Positions 1 to 12,000 of a stretch of DNA of 64,000 nucleotides are shown in pieces (positions within the stretch are counted from its first letter, which is position 1; each line of letters opens with the position of its first letter). The stretch is from the human T2T-CHM13v2.0 reference genome, Homo sapiens. The translations under genes and the position numbers were made by a program. Below the pieces are notes generated by a model. The model was not told the DNA's origin. It saw nothing but the letters and a program-made list of their open reading frames with translations, and did not search any database. Where the stretch lies: assembly GCF_009914755.1 (NCBI RefSeq), contig NC_060932.1; one strand, given 5' to 3'.

Positions 1-3000
1 AACCTGCTGAATTTAAAGAAAGATTTCACTTTATGAGCTGAATCCACACATCACAAAGCAGTTTCACAAATAGGTTTTTTTCAAGTTTTTGTCATGGGAT
101 ATTCAGTTTTTCACTACAGGTTTCAGTGAGTTCCAAAATGTTCTTTCACAGATTCTGCAAAAACAGTGCTTCCAACCTCCTGAATGTAAAGAAAGTTTTC
201 AATTTATGAGCTGAATTCCCACATCACAAAGTCGTTTCACAGATAGTTTCTTTCTAGTTTTTTCATGGGATATTCAGTTTTTTACTATAGCCCTCAGTGA
301 GCTCTGAAATGTCCCTTCACAGATTCCATAAAAACAGTGTTTTTAACTTGCTGAATGTAAAGAAAGTTTTAACTCTGTAAGCTGTATGCACACATCATAA
401 AGTGGTTTCACAGATAGCTTCCTTCTAGTTTTTATTGCAAATATTCTGTTTTTCACTATAGTTCTCAGTGAGCTCTGAAATTTTCTTTTGTAGATTCTAC
501 AAAACAGTGTTCCAAAAATGCTGAATGTGCAGAAATATTTCACTCTATGAGGTGAATCTAGGCATCACAAAGCTGTTTCACAGATAGCTTCCTTCTGGTT
601 TTTATTGCAAGATATTCAGTTTCTTACAATAGGCTGCAGTGAGCTTTAAAAAGTTCCTTTGCAGATTCTGCAAAAATAGTGTTTCCAACCTGCCAAATGT
701 AAAGAAAGCTTTCACTTTACAAGCTAAATCCACATATCACAAAGCAGCTCCACAGATAGCCTTTTTTCTAGTTTTTATCATGGGATATTCAGTTTACCAT
801 GATAGGCCTCCATGGGGTCCAAAATGTCAATCTGCAGATCTTAAAAAACAGTGTTTCCAGCCTGCTGAATGTAAAGAAAGTTTTAACTCTGTGAAATAAA
901 TCCACACATCACATAGAAGTTTCACAGATAGCTTCTTTCTCGTTTTTATCATGGGATATTAAGTTTTTCATTGTAGGCCTCAGTTAGCTCAGAAATGTGT
1001 TTTTGCACATTCTAAAAAAAACAGTGGTCAAACTTGCTGAATGAAAGAAAGGTTTAACTTTGATAGCTGAATCCACACATCTCAAAATAGTTTTAAAGAT
1101 AGCTTCTTTCTAGTTTTCATTTTGGGATATGCGTTTTCTCACTATAGGTCTCAGTGAGCTCTGAAATACCCCTTTGCAGATTCTACAAAAGCATAATTAC
1201 AATCCTGTTGAATGTAAAGAAAAGTTTACCTTTATGAGCTGAATCCACATATCACAAAGTGGTTTCACAGATAAATTTTTTCTAGGTTTTATCACGGGAT
1301 ATTCAGTTTTTCACTACGGGACTCCATGGACTGTGAAATGTCTTTTCACAGATCCTGCACAGTGTTTCCAACCTGCTGAATTTATAGAAAACTTTAACTG
1401 TGTGAGCTGAATTCACAAAAAACGAATCAGTTTCACAGATAGCTTCTTTTTGGTTTTTACCATGGGATATTTTGTTTTTCATTATAGGCCTCCATGAATT
1501 CTGAATTGGCCCACCATAGATTCTACAAAAATGGTGTTTCCAGCTTGCTGAATGTAAAGAAAGCTTTCAGTTTATGAGATGAATCCATATATCACAAAGC
1601 AGTTTCACAGGTAGCTTCTTTCTAGTTTTTATGATGTGATATTCTATTTTTCATTATAGGCTGAAGTGAGCTCAGAAACATCAGTTCGCATATTCTACAA
1701 AAACAGTGTTTCAATCCTGCTGAATATAAGAAAAGTTTAACTCTTTGAGGTGAATCCACACATCACAAAGCAGTTTCCCAGTTAACTTCTTTCTAGTTAT
1801 AATTGCTGGATATTTGATTTTTCAGTAGAGGCCTCAGTGAGCTCTGAAATGTCACTTGGCAGATTCTACAAAAACAGTGTTTTTTACCTGCTGAATTTAA
1901 AGAGCAGTTTCACTCTATGAGCTGAATCCACACAACACAAAGCACTTTCACAGACAGATTCTTTCTAGTTTTTATTGTGAGATATTCGGTTTTTCACTGG
2001 AAGCCTCCTTGAGCTCCTAATTGCCCCATTGCAGATTTTATAAAACAGTGTTTCCAACCTGCAGAATGTAAAAAAAGGTTTAACTGTGTGAGCTGAATCC
2101 ACACTTCACAAAGTTGATTCTCAGATAGCTTCTTTCTAGTTTTAATTGCCAGATATTTGGTTTTTCACTACAGGCCTCAGTGAGTTTCAAAATTTCCCTT
2201 CACAGATTCTCCACAGTGTTTCCAACACGTTGAATGTAAAGAAAGATTTCACTTTATGAGCTAAATCCATTTACCATAAAGTGGTTTCACAGATAGCTTC
2301 TTTGTAGTTTTTATTGTGTCATATTTGATTTTTCATATAGGCCTCATTTAGCTCTGAAGAGTCTTTTTCCAGGTTCTACAATAACAGAGTTTTAATCCTG
2401 TTGAATGTAAAGAAACGTTTAACTCAATGAGGTGAATCCACATATCACAAAAAGGTTTCACAGATATCTTCTTTCTAGTTTCTATTGCAAGATATTTGGT
2501 TTTTCAATACAGGCCTCCATGGGCTCTGAAATATTCCTTCTCAGATTCTACAAAAACAGTGTTTTCAACCTGGTGAATGTATAGAAATGTTTAACAGTTT
2601 GAGCTGAATCCACACATCACAAATCAGTTTCACAGATAACTTCTTTTTAGTTTTTATCATGAGGTATTAAGTTTTTCACTATAGGTCTCTGAGAGCTCAT
2701 AAATGTTTTTTCAAATATTCCACAAAAACAGCACCTCAATCCTGCTGAATAAAAGAAAGATATAACTCTTAAAGTTTATCCACACATGAAAAGCAATTTC
2801 ACACGTAGATTCTTTCTAGTTATTATTGTGGGATATTCAGTTTTTCACTATAGTTCTCAATGAGCTCTGACATGTCCTTTTGCAGAATCTACAGAAACAG
2901 TGTTTCCAACCTGCTGAACATAAAGGAAGGTTTCATTTTTTGAGCTGAATCCACACATCAAAAGCAATTTCACAGGCAACTTCTTTCTAGGTTTTATCTT

Positions 3001-6000
3001 GAGATATTCAGTTTTTCACTATAGGATTTAGTGAGCTCCAAAATGATCTTTCACAGACTCTACAAAAACAGTCTTTCCATCCTGCTGAATGTAAAGAAAG
3101 GTTTAATTATGTGGGCTGAATCCACACATCACACAGCCATTTCAGAAATAGCTTCTTTCTAGTGTTTATCCTGGGATATTCAGTTTTTCACTATAGTGCT
3201 CAATGAGCTCCAAAATGTCCCTTCTCAGATTGTAAGAAAACAGTGTTTCCAACCTGCTGAATATAAAGAAGGGCTTAAGTCTGTGAGCTGAATCCACACA
3301 TCACAAAACAGTTTCACAGATAGCTTCTTTCTCGTTTTTATTGCAGGATATTTGCTTTTTTCACTGTAGTCCTCAGTGAGCTATGAAATATCCTTTCAGA
3401 GACGCTACAAAAACAGTGTTTCCAACCTGCTTGATGTGAAGAAATATTTCACCCTATGAGCTGAATCCACACATCACAAAGAAGTTTCACAGACATCTTC
3501 TTTCAAGTTTGTGTGTGTGTGTGGGGGGCAGATATTCTGTTTTTTACTACAGGTCTCAATGATCTCTGAAATGTCCCTTCACAGATTCTACAAAACAGTT
3601 TTTCCAACCTGCTGAATGTAGAGGGAGGTTTAACTCTTTGAGCTGAGTCCACACATCACAAAGCAGTTTCACACATACCTTCTTTCTAGCTTTTATTGCA
3701 GGATATTCAGTTTTTCACTACTGTCCTCAGTGAGCTCTGAAATGTCCCTTTGCAGATTCTACAAAAACAGTGTTTCCCACATGCTGAATATGAGGAAAAA
3801 TTTTGCTCTATGAGCTGAATACACACATCACAAAGCAGTTTCACAGATAGTTTCTTTCTAGTTTTTATCCCAAGGTATGTGATTTTTCACAATAGGCTTT
3901 AGTAGCTCTGAAATGTTTTTTGCATATTCTACAAAAATAGTATCTCCAGCATGCTGAATGTAAAGAAATTTCTAATTCTGTGATCTGAATACACACATCA
4001 AAAATCTGTTTCACAGACAGTTTATTTCTAGTTTTATTCTCAGGATACTCATTTTTCCACTGTAGGCCTCAGTGAGTTGTGAAATGTCCATTCACAGATT
4101 CTACTAAAACGATGTTTCCAATATGCTGAATGTAAAGAAAGGTTTAGTTCTGTGACATGAATGTACACATCACGAAGCGGTTTTACAGATAGCTTCTTTC
4201 TAGTTTTTATTGTGAGATAATCAGTTTTTCACTATAGGCCTTAGTGAGCTGTGAAACATCCCTTCACAGATTCTACAAAAACAGTTTTTCCAACCTACTG
4301 AATGTAAAGAATTGTTTAATGCTGTGAGCTGAATGCACACATCAAAAAGCGTTTTTCAGAGATAGTTTCATTCTAGTTTTCATCACAGGATATTTGGTTT
4401 TTCACTATAGGCATCAGTGAGCTCTGAAATGTCTTCTTTCAGATTCTACAAAAACAGTGTTTCCAACCTGCTGAATGTAAAGAAAGGCTTAACTCTGTGA
4501 GCTGAATCCAAACATCACAAAGCAGCTTCACAGATAGCTTATTTTTAGTTTTTATTGTGGGATATTTGCTTTTTTCACTATAGTCCTCAGTGAGCTCTGA
4601 AATGTCCCTTCAGAGACAGATGCTACAAAACGGTGTTTCCAATCTGCTGAATGTGAGAAAAGATTTCAGTCTATGAGCTGAACCCGCACATCACAAAGAA
4701 GTTTCACAGATAGCTTCTTTCAAGGATTTTTCGTGGGATATTCTGTGTTTTACTATAGGTCTCGGTGAGCTCTGAAATGTCCCTTCACAGATTCTCCAAG
4801 AACAGTGTTTCCAACATGCTGAATGTAAAGAAAGATTTAACTCTGTGAACTGAATCCACACATCACAAAGTCATTTCACAGATACCTTCTTTCTAGTTTT
4901 TATTGCAGGATAATTTGTTTTTCACTATTGTCCTCAGTGAGCTCCGAAATGTTCCTTTGCAGATTCTACAAAAACAGTGTTTCCCACCTGCTGAATGGGA
5001 GGAAAAATTTTACTCTATGAGCTGAATACACACATCACAAAGCGATTTCACAGATAGCTTCTTTCTAGTTTTTATCCCAAGGTGTTTGTTTTTTCACAGT
5101 AGGCTTTAGTGAGCTTTGAAATGTTTCTTTGCAGATTCTACAAAAATAGTGTTTCCAACCTGCTGGATGTAAAGAAATGTCTAATTCTGTGAGCTGAATG
5201 CACACATCAAAAAGCGGTTTCTCAGACACCTTCTTTCTAGTTACTAGTGTGGGATATTCAGTTTTTCATTCTAGGTCTCAGTAAGCTCTAAAATGTTTTT
5301 TCACAGATTCTGCAGAAACAGTGTTCCAACGAGCTGAATGTAAGGAAAGTTTTCACTTTATTAGTGGAATTCACACATCACAAAGCAATTTCACAGATAG
5401 CTTCTTTCTAGTTTTTTCATGAAATAGTCAGTTTTTCACTATAGCCCTCAGTGAGCTCCAAGATGTCCCTTCACAGATTCTACAAAAACAGTGCTTACAA
5501 CCTGCTGTATGTAAAGAAAGGTTTGACTTTGTGAGCCTAATCCATACATCATAAAAACGGTTTCACAGATAGCTTCTTTCTAGTTTTTTCATGAAATAGT
5601 CAGTTTTTCACTATAGCCCTCAGTGAGCTCCAAGATGTCCCTTCACAGATTCTACAAAAACAGTGCTTACAACCTGCTGTATGTAAAGAAAGGTTTGACT
5701 TTGTGAGCCTAATCCATACATCATAAAAACGGTTTCACAGATAGCTTCTTTCTAGTTTTATTGCAAGTTATTCTGTTTTTCACTATAATTTTCAGTGAGT
5801 TCCAAAACGTTCCTTTGCAGATTCTCCAAAGCAGTGTTTCCAAAATGCTGAATGCAAAGAAAATATTTGCTCTATGAGCTCAATCCAGACATCAAAAAGC
5901 AGTTTCACAGAGGGCTTCTGTGAGCTGAATGCACATATCAAAAATCAGGTTCACAAATAGGGTCTTTCTGGTTTTATTTGCAGGATATTGGTTTTTTCAC

Positions 6001-9000
6001 TATAGGCATCAGTGAGTTTTGAAATGTCCCCTCACAGATTCCACTAAAACAGTGTTTCCAACATGCTGAATGTAAAGAAAGGTTTAGCTCTGTGAGCTGA
6101 ATGCACACATCAAAAAGCAGTTTTACAGATAGCTTCTTTCTAGTTTTATTATGAGATAATCAGTTTTTCACTATAGGCCTTAGTGAGCTCTGAAACATCC
6201 CTTCACAGATTCTAGAAAAACAGCTTTTCCAACCTACTGAAGGTAAAGAATTGTTTAAAGCTGTGAGCTGAATGCACACATCAAAAAGCGTTTTTCAGAG
6301 ATAGCTTCGTTCTAGATTTCATCACAAGATATTTGGTTTTTCACTATAGGCATCCATGAGCACTGAAATATCTTCTTTCAAATTCTAAACAAACAGTGTT
6401 TCCAACCTGCTGAATGTGAAGACAGATTTCACTCTAGGGGCAGAATCCACACATCACAAAGCAGTTTCACAGATAGCTTCTTTCAAGTTTTTTTTTGGTG
6501 GGATATTCGGTGTTTTACTACAGGTCTCAGTGAGCTCCAAAATGTCCCTTCTCAGGTTCTACAAGAACAGTGTTTCCAATGTGCTGAATGTAAAGAAAGT
6601 TTTAACTCTGTGAGCTGAAGCCACATATCACAAGGTGGTTGGTTTCACAGATTGCTTCTTTCTAGTTTTTACCATGGCATATTCAATTTCTTATTATAGT
6701 CCTCAGTGAACTCTGAATGTGCCTTCATAGATTCTCCAAAAACAGTTCTTCCAATCTGCTGAATGTAATGAAAGGTTTTACTTTATAAGCTAAATACACA
6801 TATCACAAAGCAACTTCACAGGTAGCTTCTTGTTTTATCGTGGAATATTCAGTTTGTCTCTATAGGCCTCAGTAACCTCCAAAATTCCCCATGGCTTCTC
6901 CTTCACAAACAGTGTTTTCAACATCATGAATGTAAAGGAAAGTTTAACTGTGTGAGCTGAGCTGAATCCAAGCATCAGAAAGAAGTTTCACAGATAGCTT
7001 CTTTCTAGCTTTTATCATGGGATATTTGCTTTATCACTATAGGTCTCCATGGGACTCAAACTGTCCTTTCGCCGATACTTCAAAACTGTGTTTCCAACCT
7101 GCTGAATGAAAGAAATTTTTAACTCTGAGGGCTGAATCCACACAGCTCAAAGCAGTTTAACATATAGCTTCTTTCTAGTTTTCATCACTAGACATTTTGT
7201 TTTCCACTTTAGGGCTCAGTGAGCTCTGAAATGTCCCTTCACAGATTCTACAAAAGCAGAATTTCAATCCTGCTGAATGTAAAGAAAGGTTTAACTCTAT
7301 GACCTGAGTCCACATGCCACAAAAGAGTTTCACAGATAAATTATTTCTAGTTTTTATTGCCGGATATTTGGTTTTTCACTGTATGCCTCCACTGACTCCA
7401 AAGTGTCCTTTTGTAGATCCTACAAAAACAGTGTTTCCAGCCTGCTGAATGTATAAAAAAGTTTAACTGTATGAGGTGATTTCACAAATATCAAATCAGT
7501 TTCAAAGATAGCTTCTTTTTAGTTTTTATCATAGGATACTCTGTTTTTCACTATTGGTCTCAGTGAGCTCTGAATTGGCCCTTGGTAGATGCTGCAAAAA
7601 TAGTGTTTCCAACCTTCTGAATGTAAAGAAAGGTTTCAGTTTATGAGCTGAATCCACACATCACAAAGCAGTTTCACAGATAGCTTCTTTCTAGTTTTTA
7701 TCATAGGATATTCTATTTTTCATTATATGCCTAAGTGAGATCAGAAATACCCCTTTGCATAGTCTACAAAAAGAGTGGTTTAATTCTACTGAGTATAAGA
7801 AAGGTTTAACTCTTTGAGCTGAATCCACACATCATGAATCAGTTTCACAGATAACTTCTTTCTCATTATAATCATGGGACATTTTGTTTTTCAGTAGAGG
7901 CCTCAGTGAGCTCTGAAATGACACTTCGCAGATACTACAAAAACAATGTTTTTAATGGCCTAATGTAAAGGACCATTTCATTCTATGAGCTGAATCCACA
8001 CAACACAAAGCACTTTCACCACAGATTCTTTCTAGTTTTTATCATAGGATATTCGATTTTTTACTACAGGTCCCTGTGTGCTCTGAATTGCCCCTTCGCA
8101 GATTCTACAAAACAGTGTTTCCAACCTGCTGAATGTATAGAAAAGTTTAACTCTGTGAGCTGAATCCACACTTCACAAAACTGTTTCTTAGAAAGCTTCC
8201 TTCTAGTTTTAATCACAGGATATTCCTTTTTTCAGTATAGGCCTCAGTGAGCTTCAAAATGTCCCTTCACAGATTCTCCAAAAACAGTGTGTCTGACATG
8301 CTGAATGTAAAGAAAGTTTTCACTTTACAAGCTAAATCCACACATCATAAGGTGGTTTCAAAGATAGCTTCTTTCTAGTTTTTATGTGGCTTATTCATTT
8401 TTTTACTACAGTAAAATTCTGTGATATCTGAAATGTATTTTCAAAGATTCTACAAAATGTCTTTTCACAGATTCTACAAAAACAGAGTTTTAATCTTGTC
8501 AAATGTAAAAAAAGGTTTAACATAATGAGGTGAATCCACATATCATAAAGTGGTTTCACAGATATCTTCTTTCTAGCTTGTTGGTGGGATATTCACTTTT
8601 TAACTTTAGGCCTCCATGGGCTCTGAAATTTCCCTTCACAGATCCTACAAAAACGGTATTTCCATCCTCATGAATACGAAGAAAGTTTTAACAGTTTAAG
8701 CTGCATCCACACATAAAAATCGTTTTCACAGACAGCTTCTTTGTAGCTTGTATTGTTGGATATTAGGTTTTTCACTATAGGTCTCACTCAGCTCAAAAAT
8801 GTTTCTTTGAATATTCCACAGAAACAGTGCTTCAACCCTGCTGAATAAAAGAAAAGTTTAACCCTTTGAGCTGTATCAACACATCACAAAGAGGTTTGAC
8901 ATATAGATTCTTTCTAGGTATTATTGCAGGATATTCAGTTTTTCACTATATCCGTCAGTGAACTTCAAATTGTGTCTTTGCAGATTCTACAAAAACAGTG

Positions 9001-12000
9001 TTTTCAACCTGATAAATGTAAAGAAAGGTTTAACTCTGTGAGCTGAATCCACACATCACAAAGCAGTTTCACAAATAGCTTCTTTCTAGTTTTTATTGCA
9101 GAATATTTTGTTTTTCACCATAGTCCTCTGTGAGCTCTGAAATGTTCCTTCACAGATTCTAAAAAAGCAGTGTTTCCAAAATTCTGAATGTGAAAAAAGA
9201 CTTCTTTCTGTGAGTTGAATCCAGATATCACAAAGTGGTTTCACAGATAGCTTCTTTCTAGTTTTATTTGTGTGATATTCATTTTTTCACTACAGGCCTC
9301 AGTGAGTTTTGAAATGTCCCTTCACAGATTCTACTAAAACAGTGCTTCCAACATGCTTAATGTACATAAAGGTTTAACTCTGTTAGCTGAATGCACACAA
9401 CACAAAGCACTTTCAGAGATAGCTTCTTTCCAGTTTTTATCGTGAGATAATCAATTTTTCACTATAGACCTTGGTGAGCTCTGAAACATCTCTTCACAGA
9501 TCCTACAAAAACAGTGTTTCCAACCTACTGAATGTGAAGAATGGTTTGCCTCTGTGAGCTGAATGTACACATCAAAAAGCAGTGTCAGAGATAGCATCAT
9601 TCTATTTTTTATCACAAGATATTTGGTTTTTTACTATTGGCATCGGTGAGCTCTGAATTGTCCCTTCACCGATCCTACAAAAACAGTGTTTCCAACCTGC
9701 TAAATGTAAAGAAAGTTTTAACTCTGTTAGGTGAATCTGCACATCACAAAATGGTGTCTGAGATAGCTTCGTCCTATTTTTTATCACCAGTTATTTGCTT
9801 TTTAACTATTGGCATTGCTGAGCTCTGAATTGTCCCTTCACAGATTCTACAAAAACAATATTTCCAGCCTGCTGAACATAAAGAAAGGATTATATCTGTG
9901 AGCTAAATCCACATATCACAAAGTGCCTGCACATACAGTTTCTTTCTAGTTTTTTATCACAGGATATTTGGTTTTTCACTATAGGCCTCAGTGAGCTCTG
10001 AGTGTCCCTCAGTAGATTCCAAAAAAAAACAATGTTTCCAACCTGCTGAATGTAAAGAAAGGTTTCACTTTATGAGCTGAATACACACATCACAAAGCAG
10101 TTTCACAGGTAGCTTCTTTCTAGTTTTATCGTGGAATATTCGGTTTCTCTCAATAGGCATCAGTGAGCTGTGAAATGTCTCTTCTCAGATTCTACAAATA
10201 ATAAAAAAGAAATTCCAACCTGCTGAATGTAAAGAAAGGTTTCACTCTTTCAGCTGAATGCACACATCACAAAGCAGTTTAACAGACAGTTGTTTATTTC
10301 TAGTTCTTATCACTTTTTTACTATAAGCCTTCATGGGCTCCAAAATGTTCCTTCACAGATCCTACAAAAACAGTGTTTCCAACCTGCTGAATGTAAAGAA
10401 AGGTTTATATATGTGAGCTGAATCCACATACCACAAAGTGGTTTCACAGATAGCTTCTTTCTGCTTTTTTATTGCTGGATATTCATTTTTGTCAATGTAG
10501 GCCTCAGTGAGGTCCCAAATGGTCCCTCACAGAATCTACAAAAACTGTGTTTCCAACCTGCTCAATGTGAAGAAACGTTTTAATCTATGAGCTGAATCCA
10601 CAAATCACAAAGCGCTTACACAGGTAGCTTCTTTCTACTTTTTATCTCGGGATATTATTTTTTTACTATAGGCCTCAATGACCTCTGAAATGTCCCATTG
10701 CTTAGCCTAGAAAAACAGTGTTTTCAACACACTTAATGTAAAGGGAGGTTTATCTTTGTGAGCTGCATCCAGTCATCACAAAACAGTTTTGCAGATAGCT
10801 TTCTTCTAGCTTTTATCATGGGATATTGGCTTTTTCACTATAGGCCTCCTTGGCATCTTAAATGTCCTTTTGCTGATGCTTCAAAAATAGTGTTTCCAAC
10901 CTGCTGAATGAAAAGCAAGTTTTAACTCTGTAAGCTGAATCCACACATCATGAAGCAGTTTCACAGATAGCATCTTTCTACTTTTTATCAAGGGATACCC
11001 TTTTTTTTGCTATAGGATACAGTGAGCTCTGAAATGCCCTTTCACAGATTCTACTAAAACAGTGTTTCCAACCTGCTGAATGTGAAGAAATGTTTCACTC
11101 TATGAGCTGAATCCACACATCACTAAATGGTTTCACAGATAGCTTCTTTCTAGTTGTTATCAGGGGATTTCATTTTTCCAGTATAGGCCTCCATGGGCTT
11201 AGAAATGTCCCTTGGCAGATCCCACAAAAACAGTGTTTCCAAACGGCTGAATGTAAACAAAATTTAACTCTGTGTACTGAATGTAAATATCACAAAGTGG
11301 TTTCACAGATAATTTCTTTCTAGTTTTTATCATGGAATATTTCTGTTTTCACTATAGGCCTCAGTGAGCTATGAAATGTCCCTGTGCAGATTCTACAAAA
11401 ACAGTGTTTCCAATGAGCTGAGTTTAAAGAAAGGTTTAAATCTATGAGCTGGATCCACATATCACAAAGCGATTTAACAGGCAACTTCTGTCTGGTTTTC
11501 ATCTTGAGATATTCAGTTTTTCACTATAGGACTCAGTGAACTCTGAAATGTCCCTTCACAGATTCTACAAAAACAGTCTGTGCAACCTGCTGAATGTAAA
11601 GTAAAGTTTAACTCTGTGAGCTGAATCCATACATCACAAAGCAGTTTCAGAGATAGTTTCTTTCTAGTTTTTATTCTGGGATATTCATTTTTTCACTATA
11701 GTGTTCAGTGAGCTCTGAAATGTGCCTTCTCAGATTCTACAAAAACATTGTTTCCAACCTGCTGAATGTAAAGAAAGGTTTCACTCTATGAGCTGAATCC
11801 ACACATCACAAAGCAGTGTCACAGATAGCTTCTTTCTTGGCTTTTCACGTGATTTCAGCTTTTCACTATACCCCTTAGTATGCTCCAAAATGTCCCTTTG
11901 CAGATTCTACAAAAACAGTGTTTCACACCTGCTGAATATAAAGAAATATTTTCCTCTGTGATCTGAATCAACACATGTCAAAGCACTTTCACACATACCT

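Noticed and set aside
3510-3528. Short (GT)n plus G run inside an alpha monomer
   Set aside because: Ordinary slippage of the T-rich segment, too short to be notable.
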